32,000 bases of DNA from Promethearchaeota archaeon (GCA_016933055.1 JAFGBS010000009.1:360001-392000); one strand, 5' to 3'; counted from the first letter of the stretch, positions 1-9,218 are shown. Translations and numbers: made by a program. The notes: generated by a model not told the origin, from the sequence alone.

Positions 1-291
1 TGAGGATATATATGTATTAAACCCTAAAGAATCCCAGACCTTTTTAGGAGAAATTGTGCTAAGAGACCCTCCAACTACAGATATTTGTTTTACCCCGAAT
101 TCAAAAAGTGTTTTAATAACGTAATACAAAAACTCAGGATTAATAGTGACGGGATAAGTTTGTGGAAAAGAAAGATCTATCTGTATTAACACCGAAGAAC
201 ATTCTTTTATTCGAATTTTATAAGGTTCGAATAGCATTTGTACCGATAGTTGAAGATTAGAGATATTGGAAATGAGGATTTTAGATTTCAC
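1..291 (-). CDS. DUF362-like protein, N-terminal fragment (runs off the window start; not in the ORF track)
   Basis: Manual translation from GTG at 291 gives 97 stop-free codons to base 1: VKSKILISNISNLQLSVQMLFEPYKIRIKECSSVLIQIDLSFPQTYPVTINPEFLYYVIKTLFEFGVKQISVVGGSLSTISPKKVWDSLGF. The pattern resembles the DUF362 N-terminus (VLIKPN...P.TT.PE...L.E.GA..I.VG). Confidence 0.55.
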   Translation of the reverse strand, partial: MKSKILISNISNLQLSVQMLFEPYKIRIKECSSVLIQIDLSFPQTYPVTINPEFLYYVIKTLFEFGVKQISVVGGSLSTISPKKVWDSLGFNTYISS

Positions 292-378
292 TTTTTATTA
301 TCCCACTGGTATGAAAGACTCACTTGTTAAATATAATGTGTCTTCATTGCATCGTTAGTGTCTTTGTGTTTCTTTCAT

Positions 379-1602
379 CTATTTCATATGGGATTGTTTT
401 TCATGAGAGCCATAAGCTTTATTTCGAGATGCTAACTGTCCTAATATTTTTTCTAACTCTGGAGCGATCTGTCCTACTGGTTCACTACTATACGGGGTAC
501 CAGGTAACGGCATGAACGTATGGGTGTGAATTCGTATTTTTTTCGAAGATTTAAGAATATCCCTGAAAAATTGAAGAGTTAGGGTTATATCTTCTTCTGT
601 TTCTCCGGGAAGTCCAAAAATAAAATCTAAATCAACTCCGTATCCATAACCTAGTATCAATTCTATAGCATCTAATGCTTGTTGAAACGTATGTGCCCGA
701 TTACAACTTTTCAGTAATTTATCTGATGCGCTTTGAACTCCAATAGTGAAGAATTTATTGCTTATAAAGGGATGAACTGCTTCCATCATCTCCGTAGTGA
801 CATATTCTGGTCTAATTTCCGAAGGGAAAGTGCCAAAATAAATTTCATCTAAGTTCGGGATAGCCTTAATATCATGAAGCAATTTTTTTACAATTACTGG
901 ATTAGTACTCTTGCCTTTAGGAGAACCATATGCAAATGCATTGGGAGTAGTAAACCACACCCGGTCATAACGAATCTCCACAGCTCGTTTTATCCAACGA
1001 ACAATATTTTCAGGAGCAACATGTCGCATGGTCGTATACAAATGTCCTGTTTGACAAAATTTACATCGGAAAGGACATCCCCTGCTTATTTCGATAGGAC
1101 AAAATACTCGGTATTTTTCTGAATAAGGGGGATATTTATTCAGATCTACAGATTCATTAACAACATATATTTTTGCAACAGACGAAATGCTGCTTTTTAT
1201 ATCAGCGAGAAATTTAGGAAAACTGATTTCTGATTCTCCTAATATTACAAAATCAGCTCCCATATGTATAACATCTTCTGGATGACCAGTAGCATGCCAT
1301 CCACCAACTACAATTAACAAGTTTTTGCATAATTTCCGTAGTTTCGGTACGTTGTGTTCCATAAAATTTTGAAAATCCGTTCTCTGCGCCGTCATCAATG
1401 ATACTGGTATAATCACGTAAGGGCGCTTTCGAATTTGGTAATGCAATAAATTTGAGGGTACTAGTCTGAAAAGATTTTTTCTGATAATCACAATATCATA
1501 AAGATTCTGGATTTCTGAATTATATTCAATCACACTCAACAATTTTGCATAGGAATACACATTTGGTTTCGAAACGCAAAAGAACAGTAAAGGTTTTAGC
1601 AT
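379..1602 (-). CDS. B12-binding-domain radical SAM protein (MJ1487-like family)
   Basis: Cobalamin-binding-type segment VVGGWHAT...GADFVILGESE, radical SAM motif ISRGCPFRCKFC (CxxxCxxC), TPNAFAYGS, FGTFPSEIRPE and DFIFGLPGET. Confidence 0.85.
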   Translation of the reverse strand: MLKPLLFFCVSKPNVYSYAKLLSVIEYNSEIQNLYDIVIIRKNLFRLVPSNLLHYQIRKRPYVIIPVSLMTAQRTDFQNFMEHNVPKLRKLCKNLLIVVGGWHATGHPEDVIHMGADFVILGESEISFPKFLADIKSSISSVAKIYVVNESVDLNKYPPYSEKYRVFCPIEISRGCPFRCKFCQTGHLYTTMRHVAPENIVRWIKRAVEIRYDRVWFTTPNAFAYGSPKGKSTNPVIVKKLLHDIKAIPNLDEIYFGTFPSEIRPEYVTTEMMEAVHPFISNKFFTIGVQSASDKLLKSCNRAHTFQQALDAIELILGYGYGVDLDFIFGLPGETEEDITLTLQFFRDILKSSKKIRIHTHTFMPLPGTPYSSEPVGQIAPELEKILGQLASRNKAYGSHEKQSHMK

Positions 1603-1840
1603 CCACTCACATCATGACGAAATTCAAACTGCAATTCGAATTTTTGAAATATATAAAGAATTGAAAAAGAAAAAGTAAATGATTTCAGACTGTTACTTCA
1701 ACCTAGTATAACATCATTACCAACATATAACCTACGAAAACAACTTCGGATATAACGTCAAATGCAACAAAAACTCTTACGTAAAATACGTAGGTAGAAT
1801 TCAAGAAAAAATAAAAAAGAAAAAGTAATAACTTTCGTAT

Positions 1841-3460
1841 CTAGTACATGCCGCCACCAGGAGGCATTCCAGGAGGTCCACCAGAATTTGCACCGGCAGA
1901 TATAATATCGTCGATTCTTAATATCATCTGAGCGGCTTCACTTGCAGATTTGATGGCTTGCTTCTTTACCACGATTGGTTCAATAACTCCTGCTGAAAGA
2001 AGATCATCGACAACTCCCAATTCTGGATCAATACCCGAGTTTACATGAGAGGCATGCGAGGCTCTTAGCTGCATCAGCATATCAATCTGATCAAACCCTG
2101 CATTTTCAGCAAGCGTTTTGGGAATAATGTCCAAGGAATCAGCAAATACTTTTACAGCTAATTGCTCTCTCCCGCTTAGGGACTCTGCATACTCTCGTAA
2201 CTGTTTCGCAACTTCTGCCTCGGGGGCTCCACCGCCTCCAATGACCGCAGGTTGTTCAATTATGTCTTTAACCACGCATAAGGCATCATGTATCGCACGA
2301 TCTGCTTCTTCTACGACCAGCTCAGTCCCTCCTCGGATTAGAATGCTAAGTGCACGAGGATCTTTACAGTCTTCGACAAAAACCCAATCTTCCTTCATTA
2401 CTTTCCGTTCCTCGAACAGTCCTGCTTTTCCTAGCTTGGTTTTGTCTAATCCTTCGAAGGATGTGAAAATCGTACCTCCGGTAGCTTTTGAGAGTTTTTC
2501 TAAATCGGATTTCTTTACTCGACGCACTGCCGATATTCCTTTTTTTGCTAAAAAGTGTTGTACTAAATCATCGATTCCTTTTTGGCAAATCACGACATTT
2601 GCACCGGTTGCAACGATCTTATCTACCATGTCTTTGAGCATTTGCTCTTCTTGATCTAAGAAAGACTGGATCTGGTCTGGTGATGTAATCGAAAGCTTAG
2701 CATCGAATTCGGTTTTTTTGATCTCTAAAGCTTCTTGCAAAAGAAGTATCTTAGCATTCTCAACGCGTTTTTTCATGCTTGGATTTACAACTTCTTTATC
2801 CAAGATAATACCCGATATGAGTTGGGTGTCTTCTACTGACTCTCCTTCTTTCTTTTGAATCTGGATTTTATCAAGGTCCACAAAAAGGGTACCATCTTTT
2901 TCTTCTACGACACTAAGTGCGGCTTTTACAGCGATGTCAGCAATACGGTGTTTACTATCGTTAACTACTTTACTGGACATGCTGGTGATGGCTGCTTGTC
3001 TCAAAATGTTTTGATCTTTAGGATCGACTTTCGTCCCGATAGCGTCTAAAATTTCCAAAGCTTTTTCTGCAGCTTTTTGGAACCCTTCTGTAATGATTGT
3101 GGGATGAATTTTCTGTTCTAGCAGTTTTCCTGCACGTTTAAGTAATTCACCGGCTAACACGACTGCGCTTGTTGTGCCATCTCCCACTTCGTCGTCCTGC
3201 GTCTTTGCTACTTCTACGATCATTTTTGCTGCGGGATGCTGAACATCTATCTCTTTTAAGATGGTAGCTCCATCATTTGTTATAGTGACATCTCCAAATT
3301 GGTCCACGAGCATTTTATCCATACCTCGTGGTCCTAAACTAGTCCGCACGGCTTCTGCTATAACTTTTGCAGCTGCAATGTTGTTTTGCTGAGCATTTTT
3401 TCCTTGTTGGCGCTCTGAACCTTCTTTTAACAATAATACTGGTTGTCCTGATAAACTAAT
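1841..3460 (-). CDS. ths: Thermosome subunit (group II chaperonin)
   Basis: [33 protein letters not shown] and a [13 protein letters not shown] tail. Start is placed at ATT 3460 ([14 protein letters not shown]); the ORF track uses GTG 3469, which lies inside the AGGTGA SD-like site. Confidence 0.97.
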   Translation of the reverse strand: MSLSGQPVLLLKEGSERQQGKNAQQNNIAAAKVIAEAVRTSLGPRGMDKMLVDQFGDVTITNDGATILKEIDVQHPAAKMIVEVAKTQDDEVGDGTTSAVVLAGELLKRAGKLLEQKIHPTIITEGFQKAAEKALEILDAIGTKVDPKDQNILRQAAITSMSSKVVNDSKHRIADIAVKAALSVVEEKDGTLFVDLDKIQIQKKEGESVEDTQLISGIILDKEVVNPSMKKRVENAKILLLQEALEIKKTEFDAKLSITSPDQIQSFLDQEEQMLKDMVDKIVATGANVVICQKGIDDLVQHFLAKKGISAVRRVKKSDLEKLSKATGGTIFTSFEGLDKTKLGKAGLFEERKVMKEDWVFVEDCKDPRALSILIRGGTELVVEEADRAIHDALCVVKDIIEQPAVIGGGGAPEAEVAKQLREYAESLSGREQLAVKVFADSLDIIPKTLAENAGFDQIDMLMQLRASHASHVNSGIDPELGVVDDLLSAGVIEPIVVKKQAIKSASEAAQMILRIDDIISAGANSGGPPGMPPGGGMY

Positions 3461-3465
3461 TTTTA

Positions 3466-3471
3466 TCACCT
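3466..3471 (-). promoter_or_regulatory. Shine-Dalgarno-like site AGGTGA upstream of the thermosome gene
   Basis: Minus strand reads aaat-AGGTGA-taaaa-ATT-agt-tta-tca. Confidence 0.6.
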
Positions 3472-3737
3472 ATTTATATTTTAAGTATTTAAATGAAGTC
3501 TAAGTCACCGTATCTATGATAGTTTAAAATTTTTTTGATCATTCTCATCTAGGTCTGATTCTGATGGGCAGTAATTCCCATGAATAATGGTGAAGGTATT
3601 TTCAATACTCTCCTACAATGCTCCCCTATAAGAAGAATATAAGTATCTAACTTTATTTTTGGCGTTGGTAATTTAATAATTTCATAACAAGTAATTTTAA
3701 TTATTCTAATGGTCAAGTATATTCATCAAATTTAGGA

Positions 3738-4850
3738 ATGAAAGATATGGTAAAACGACTACCATTACACACTACACATGTCGAATTAGGAGCGAAAATG
3801 ATAGAATTCGCTGGGTATATAATGCCTGTACATTATGAAACAGGCGTTATTGCAGAACATATGAATGTTCGGGAAAATATAGGTTTATTTGACATATCTC
3901 ACATGGGAGAAGTATTAGTAGAAGGCCCAGATGCTAAACCTTATCTTCAGAAAATGTTTACTAATGATTTAAGCCTTCTCTATGATGGAAAATCCCAGTA
4001 TGGATGTTTGTGTTATGAAAATGGTACCACTGTAGAGGACAGTTTTTATTATCAGCATTCTGAGACGAAATATCGCCTTATCATTAATGCTGCAAACCGC
4101 GAAAAGGATTTAAATTGGTTGAGTAAACATGCTGAGAAATTCAATGTCAGAATAAAAGACATGTCTAATCTAAGGGGAAGGTATGCCCTCCAAGGACCTA
4201 AATCATTCGAAACCCTAGAACCTTTATTATCTGATAGCATCAAAAACCTTCAGCGATTTCATTTTAAAGAAACCCAACTACTTGGCGTTGAAGTATTCAT
4301 AGCTCAAACGGGATACACAGGTGAATTTGGATATGAAATCTCTTTTGAAGTTGCTGATGCTCAAAAAGTATGGAATTCAATATTGGAATCTGGAAAAATC
4401 TATAATATACTCCCCATCGGATTGGGAGCACGTGATACCTTGCGATTAGAAGCCTGTTATTCCCTATATGGGCATGAATTGACTGATAAAATCACTCCAG
4501 TAGAGGCGGGAATTGGATTCTGTGTGAAACCAAAAGAAGGAATTGACTTTATTGGTAAAAAGGTTTTACTTGACCAAAAAGAGAATGGTACGGATAAAAA
4601 AATCGTTGGATTTGAAATAATCGGAAAAGGAATCGGTCGAGAGGAGTATAAAGTATATTCGATGGATGGTGAGGAGATTGGTTATATTACCAGTGGAACA
4701 TTTTCTCCTTTGTTAAAGAAAGCGATCGGTTTAGTATTATTAAAGATTGAATATACATCAATAGGTACCGAATTTAATATCGATATTCGGGGTAAACCCA
4801 CTAAAGCTATAGTGGCACCTACACCCTTTTATGACGTTCATAAAAAATAA
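3738..4850 (+). CDS. gcvT: Glycine cleavage system T protein (aminomethyltransferase)
   Basis: LHTTHVELGAKMIEFAGYIMPVHY, GLFDISHMGE, TGYTGEFGYE and GLGARDTLRLEA. First gene of a T-H-P1-P2 cluster; the start could be ATG 3747. Confidence 0.96.
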   Translation: MKDMVKRLPLHTTHVELGAKMIEFAGYIMPVHYETGVIAEHMNVRENIGLFDISHMGEVLVEGPDAKPYLQKMFTNDLSLLYDGKSQYGCLCYENGTTVEDSFYYQHSETKYRLIINAANREKDLNWLSKHAEKFNVRIKDMSNLRGRYALQGPKSFETLEPLLSDSIKNLQRFHFKETQLLGVEVFIAQTGYTGEFGYEISFEVADAQKVWNSILESGKIYNILPIGLGARDTLRLEACYSLYGHELTDKITPVEAGIGFCVKPKEGIDFIGKKVLLDQKENGTDKKIVGFEIIGKGIGREEYKVYSMDGEEIGYITSGTFSPLLKKAIGLVLLKIEYTSIGTEFNIDIRGKPTKAIVAPTPFYDVHKK

Positions 4851-4863
4851 GGAGCAAAACAAA

Positions 4864-5259
4864 ATGAACTTTCCAAACAATTTGAAATATTCTAAAACAC
4901 ATGAATGGATATTGAAACAAGATGACAATATCGCCTTGGTAGGGATTACAGATTATGCCCAACACGAACTTGGAGATATTGTATTTGTAGAATTCGAACC
5001 TGCGGGGGAGAATAAAAGTAAAGGAGATACTATCTGTAATTTAGAATCTGTTAAAGCTGTTGCATCTGTATACATGCCAGTTTCGGGGAAAATCAAGGAA
5101 ATTAATCCAAAACTATTGGAAGATGAAGATTTTGCGCTTGTTAATAATTCTCCCTATGAGAATGGATGGTTAATACAAATTGTAATGAGTAATTCAGATG
5201 AACTCTCTGAACTTATGGATTCAACTACTTACCAACAATTTGTCGAGGAAGCAAAATAA
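4864..5259 (+). CDS. gcvH: Glycine cleavage system H protein
   Basis: YSKTHEW, VGITDYAQHELGDIVFV, lipoyl-lysine motif ESVKAV and NNSPYENGWL. Start placed at ATG 4864 after AAGGAG, not 4831. Confidence 0.96.
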   Translation: MNFPNNLKYSKTHEWILKQDDNIALVGITDYAQHELGDIVFVEFEPAGENKSKGDTICNLESVKAVASVYMPVSGKIKEINPKLLEDEDFALVNNSPYENGWLIQIVMSNSDELSELMDSTTYQQFVEEAK

Positions 5260-5261
5260 TA

Positions 5262-6653
5262 ATGGATTTTTCTCCCCTTTCCAAGCAAGATATTCTAGAA
5301 ATGCTGAAAACTATCGGTGTTGATTCTATAGAAGATCTGTTTAGAGATATACCTAAATCTATTCGTAATCCCTTACTGGGAATCGGCAATGGGAATTCGG
5401 AATTAGAAACACGCTTAATTCTGGAAGATCTTGCTTCCAAAAATACGGTATATACATCATATTTTAGAGGAGCAGGGATGTATAATCACTACATTCCCCC
5501 TGTGGTTAACCAGATTATTAATCGCAATGAATTTTATACGGCATATACACCCTACCAGCCTGAAGTCTCTCAAGGGTATCTGCAGGCTATTTTTGAATAC
5601 CAGACTGCTATTTGTAACCTAACTGGAATGTATGCGACAAATGCATCCGTATATGATGGAGCAAATGCACTCGTAGAAGCCGCTATTATGTCAAAAAATA
5701 TCACTAGAAGAAATTCGTTTCTTATTATTGGTGAATTAAATCCGGAATATTATCGCGTATTTAAGACATATGGATTTTCTTGCGAGTTTCAAATTCTATC
5801 GACAAATCTTGAGAATTATAAAGAAATGCTACAACTAGGTGAGTACGCTGCTGTTGTGATTCAAAATCCGACTTTTTTTGGAAATCTTCAAGATCTTGAG
5901 AACATTTGTAAAACTGTTAAAGAAATTTCTCCTAAAACTCTCATAATTGAGGTCATTATCGAATCAACTAGCTTAGGACTTCTCAAAAAACCCGCTAGTT
6001 TTGGTGTAGACATCGTATGTGGAGAAGGACAACCTTTAGGCATACCAATGTCATTCGGAGGACCTTCCTTAGGTTTTCTAGCTACGACTAAGCAGCATTA
6101 CAGAAAATTGTCTGGAAGGATTGTGGGAGAAACTACTGAAATAGATGGTAAAAAAAAAGGATATTTACTGACGTTACAAGCGAGGGAACAGCATATACGT
6201 AGAGAAAAAGCACTCTCCAATATCTGTTCTAATCAGGCATTATGTGGATTAGCAATAATTGTGTATTTGACCGCAATGGGTTACAAAGGTTTACGTAAAG
6301 TTGCTGAATTGAACGTAAAGAATGCGTATTATTTAAAGTCGCAACTCAAAGATTTGCCGGGCATTGAAGTCTTAAATGGAAATACTCCTACCTTTAATGA
6401 ATTTTTAATCAGTGTTCCTACCGGATTTAATGAACACTTGGAAAAAATCTGTATACAAAACCATCTTCTCCCTCCGTATCTACTTGAAAAAGATACCTTA
6501 GAGATAACAAGAGAGATGTCAATGTACGATTTCAAAAATGAGCGGGATTATTTACTTACATGTGTTACAGAAATGAATAGGGCTGAACATATTCAAGAAT
6601 TCATACAAATATTCAAACAAGCCATGCAATTAAACGGAGGAAGTCCAAAGTGA
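5262..6653 (+). CDS. gcvPA: Glycine dehydrogenase (decarboxylating) subunit 1
   Basis: EFYTAYTPYQPEVSQG, NASVYDGA, SFGGPSLG and REQHIRREKALSNICSNQAL. Confidence 0.96.
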   Translation: MDFSPLSKQDILEMLKTIGVDSIEDLFRDIPKSIRNPLLGIGNGNSELETRLILEDLASKNTVYTSYFRGAGMYNHYIPPVVNQIINRNEFYTAYTPYQPEVSQGYLQAIFEYQTAICNLTGMYATNASVYDGANALVEAAIMSKNITRRNSFLIIGELNPEYYRVFKTYGFSCEFQILSTNLENYKEMLQLGEYAAVVIQNPTFFGNLQDLENICKTVKEISPKTLIIEVIIESTSLGLLKKPASFGVDIVCGEGQPLGIPMSFGGPSLGFLATTKQHYRKLSGRIVGETTEIDGKKKGYLLTLQAREQHIRREKALSNICSNQALCGLAIIVYLTAMGYKGLRKVAELNVKNAYYLKSQLKDLPGIEVLNGNTPTFNEFLISVPTGFNEHLEKICIQNHLLPPYLLEKDTLEITREMSMYDFKNERDYLLTCVTEMNRAEHIQEFIQIFKQAMQLNGGSPK

Positions 6654-8110
6654 AAACTATTTTTGAAAAAAGCATAGATTGTCCCTTAACACACCATAGG
6701 ATTTCAGATTCCCCTCTTATCGCCAAAAAAATCAATGAAATTATCCCAGACATCTACTTGGAGACAGATCATGGTTACGGGTGTGATGAAGAGCACATAC
6801 TACCTGAGGTCTCTGAAGTAGAATTAGTGAGACATTATGTTAAACTTTCAACTCGCAATTTTGGAGTTGATACGGGTTTTTACCCATTAGGCTCATGCAC
6901 AATGAAATACAATCCAAAAATCAATGAGTACACAGCATCTTTGCCTGGTTTTTTAACCCATCCCTATCAATCTTCCAATCAAATTCAAGGTTCATTAGAA
7001 TTATTGTATGATTTGGAACAAAAATTATGTAAAATAACTGGTATGGATGCATTTACTCTTCAACCCTCAGCTGGCGCCCATGGAGAATTTACAGGCATTT
7101 CAATAATGAAAAAATATTTTCATGAGAAAGGAGAAACCAAAAAATTCATCATTGTTCCAGATTCTGCACATGGAACTAATCCAGCAACTGCGGCAATGTG
7201 TCAATATGGAGTAATTACGATAACCTCTAATAAGCATGGAGAAGTTTCACTAGAGGAATTAGAAGCAGCAATGCAACAAAGGGATGTAGCGGGAATCATG
7301 TTGACAAATCCTAACACTTTGGGATTATTTGACAGAAATATCCTTAAAATTACAGAAATCGTACATAGATATGGGGGTTTGGCATATTATGATGGGGCAA
7401 ATATGAATGCAATGATGGGAAAATGTAAACCCGGAGAGATGGGATTTGATATTATTCATCTCAATTTGCACAAAACCTTTTCTACTCCCCATGGAGGAGG
7501 TGGACCTGGTTCAGGACCCGTAGGAGTTAAAAAATTTTTAACTGAGTACTTACCAAATCCTCGGATTGTATATAATGATAAAAAATACACTCTTTCAGAG
7601 GTCGCAACTAAATCCATTGGAAAAGTTAAGGCGTTTTATGGTAATTTTGGGATTCTCGTAAGGGCGTACACCTACATTTTAATGATGGGGGAGGATGGAT
7701 TAATCCGCGCTTCAGAGAATGCAGTTCTTAACGCTAATTATCTTCGCTCATTGCTAAGTACTGAATATAAGGTACCTTTTGACCGAATCTGCCAACATGA
7801 ATTTGTTATGAGTGATGAAACCCTAAAAAATGAATGTACAACGTTAGATCTGGCTAAACGATTACTTGATTATGGATTCCATGCACCGACGATTTATTTT
7901 CCTCTCATCGTTTCAGGTGCTATTATGATAGAACCGACCGAAACTGAAACCAAGGAAACTTTAGATACATTCGCCCAAACTCTCAAGAAAATTAAGACTG
8001 AATCCATCCGAGAGCCTGAACTTTTGAAGAAGGCCCCCATAAGTACAGTAGTTGGAAGGCTTGATGAAGTTAAAGCTGCACGCCAGCCAAAACTAAAATT
8101 TGAGAATTAG
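6650..8110 (+). CDS. gcvPB: Glycine dehydrogenase (decarboxylating) subunit 2
   Basis: YPLGSCTMKYNP, SAHGTNPATA and the PLP-lysine motif HLNLHKTFSTPHGGGGPGSGP. The GTG start overlaps the gcvPA stop (GTGA) and follows GGAGG. Confidence 0.96.
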   Translation: MKTIFEKSIDCPLTHHRISDSPLIAKKINEIIPDIYLETDHGYGCDEEHILPEVSEVELVRHYVKLSTRNFGVDTGFYPLGSCTMKYNPKINEYTASLPGFLTHPYQSSNQIQGSLELLYDLEQKLCKITGMDAFTLQPSAGAHGEFTGISIMKKYFHEKGETKKFIIVPDSAHGTNPATAAMCQYGVITITSNKHGEVSLEELEAAMQQRDVAGIMLTNPNTLGLFDRNILKITEIVHRYGGLAYYDGANMNAMMGKCKPGEMGFDIIHLNLHKTFSTPHGGGGPGSGPVGVKKFLTEYLPNPRIVYNDKKYTLSEVATKSIGKVKAFYGNFGILVRAYTYILMMGEDGLIRASENAVLNANYLRSLLSTEYKVPFDRICQHEFVMSDETLKNECTTLDLAKRLLDYGFHAPTIYFPLIVSGAIMIEPTETETKETLDTFAQTLKKIKTESIREPELLKKAPISTVVGRLDEVKAARQPKLKFEN

Positions 8111-8137
8111 TAACTATATTTTTTTTTATTTTTTCTC

Positions 8138-8659
8138 TTAACTAAACGATACTTTTGTAATGCCGCGTATCATTAAAGAACATGCTTTTTCCAAGGATTC
8201 TAATGGGATTCGGTGAGATCCAATATTTCCTCGTTCACGAATAGCTCCTTCAGGATCGCTTATGTTTATTCTATATTCTGACTCCATTGTGGGCAAGTAG
8301 ATTTGATTTACACCTAACAGAATTTCGGGGGAAATGAGTTCTTGAATCATTTCTTTCACCGAACTTTTTTCGATGATAACGATGTTTGGAATTAGATATA
8401 AATCTTGAATTTTTAGGAGTAATTCAGGGCTAAACTTTATTGTATCCCCGATTCCTACCACTAAAAATACGATATCTCCCACATCGATCGCGTTATAAAA
8501 CGAAGCGGTTTTCAGTTCGGGAAAGTCTCCTTCTTCGAAATCCAGTAAATCTTTTGCGAGGTCCATATCGAATTGTGTAACATATCCTTGATCATAGCGT
8601 TCTTGACAGCTATAACAAAGTGTATCCAGACAAGTTTTACAAACAGGTAATTTTTTCAA
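8138..8659 (-). CDS. Archaeal NusA-paralog (NusA2-like) zinc-finger/KH protein
   Basis: N-terminal LPVCKTC-x4-CYSC zinc-finger-like motif, then VTQFDMDLAKDL, FYNAIDVGDIVFLVV and LISPEILLGVNQIYLP, matching my recollection of the archaeal NusA-like KH family. TTG start after AGGAGG. Confidence 0.7.
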   Translation of the reverse strand: MKKLPVCKTCLDTLCYSCQERYDQGYVTQFDMDLAKDLLDFEEGDFPELKTASFYNAIDVGDIVFLVVGIGDTIKFSPELLLKIQDLYLIPNIVIIEKSSVKEMIQELISPEILLGVNQIYLPTMESEYRINISDPEGAIRERGNIGSHRIPLESLEKACSLMIRGITKVSFS

Positions 8660-8737
8660 GTTCTTTATTTCCTCCTATAGCCAACATCATATTGCCAATG
8701 CTAAAGAAGGAGTTGGAACTAGATGATTTTTCGATGT

Positions 8738-8932
8738 TTAAAGTTCAATAATATCGATATTCAATCTTTTAGTTAACATATCTGCTTTTTCTGGTGTAGT
8801 TTTAAAAATATATAGGGTGGTTGGTGTCCTTAATTTTAATTTAACTACATCTCCACTACGTTTAACTCTGCAACTTTGAGCTCGCTTGGATATATCTAAA
8901 AATTCTTCTTCTTTAGTAATTTCAGTCGGCAT
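8738..8932 (-). CDS. rpl38e: 50S ribosomal protein L38e
   Basis: 64 aa; MPTEI...FL...RA..CRVKR...VKLKLRTPTTLY is the eL38 signature (K.K.R....LY). Confidence 0.9.
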   Translation of the reverse strand: MPTEITKEEEFLDISKRAQSCRVKRSGDVVKLKLRTPTTLYIFKTTPEKADMLTKRLNIDIIEL

Positions 8933-8952
8933 TTGGTTTGTGAATATACCAT

Positions 8953-8970
8953 TTTTAAAAAATTTTTTCT
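8953..8970 (-). promoter_or_regulatory. Putative BRE-TATA for rpl38e
   Basis: Minus strand reads AGAAAAAA-TT-TTTTAAAA, ending about 21 nt before the ATG; no SD is visible. Confidence 0.45.
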
Positions 8971-9044
8971 AGTTCCTTTGAAAGAAATGGTATCATGCGC
9001 AAATTTTTTTAGTTAAGTTAAATAGACCAGCATACGAACTAATA

Positions 9045-9050
9045 AGGTGA
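9045..9050 (+). promoter_or_regulatory. Shine-Dalgarno-like site AGGTGA upstream of rpl40e
   Basis: aata-AGGTGA-ttatc-ATT-cca-atc-gca. Confidence 0.6.
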
Positions 9051-9055
9051 TTATC

Positions 9056-9217
9056 ATTCCAATCGCAGATCCTCAGAAACGTAAAATTGCTGCCCATTAC
9101 TTATTGTACAAGACCATATGTCGTAGATGCGGAGCTTTAAATCCGTATAATGCCAAGAAATGTCGACGTTGTCGTGGAAAAGATCTCAGACAGAAAAAAC
9201 GCGAAGTAGGGAAATAA
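9056..9217 (+). CDS. rpl40e: 50S ribosomal protein L40e (not in the ORF track)
   Basis: Manual translation: (M)[52 protein letters not shown], 53 aa with the CxxCGA.NP....CRxC zinc motif. First codon is ATT; an in-frame GTG lies at 9047. Confidence 0.93.
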   Translation: MPIADPQKRKIAAHYLLYKTICRRCGALNPYNAKKCRRCRGKDLRQKKREVGK

Positions 9218-9218
9218 T

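Noticed and set aside
2-124. Plus-strand open frame EDIYVLNPKESQ...VLIT at the window start
   Set aside because: It is antisense to the longer minus-strand DUF362-like frame, which has family-like motifs; treated as a shadow.
324-1122. ORFs 324-515 and 874-1122 (+)
   Set aside because: Antisense shadows of the radical SAM gene with no motifs.
1664-1828. Repeated AAAAAGAAAAAGTAA at ~1664 and ~1814
   Set aside because: Only two low-complexity copies, best explained as minus-strand T-tract terminators after the thermosome; not a CRISPR or tandem repeat.
2118-3049. ORFs 2118-2654 and 2855-3049 (+)
   Set aside because: Antisense to the thermosome; typical shadow frames of a conserved gene.
3472-3737. 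Possible glycine riboswitch or sRNA upstream of gcvT
   Set aside because: No glycine-aptamer consensus or C/D box pair is visible. It holds only AT-rich divergent promoter sequence and a 5-bp hairpin (ATGGG...CCCAT).
6140-6160. A9 homopolymer in gcvPA as a slippage or frameshift site
   Set aside because: It reads in frame as Lys-Lys-Lys and the protein is complete; the same holds for other A-runs in the window.
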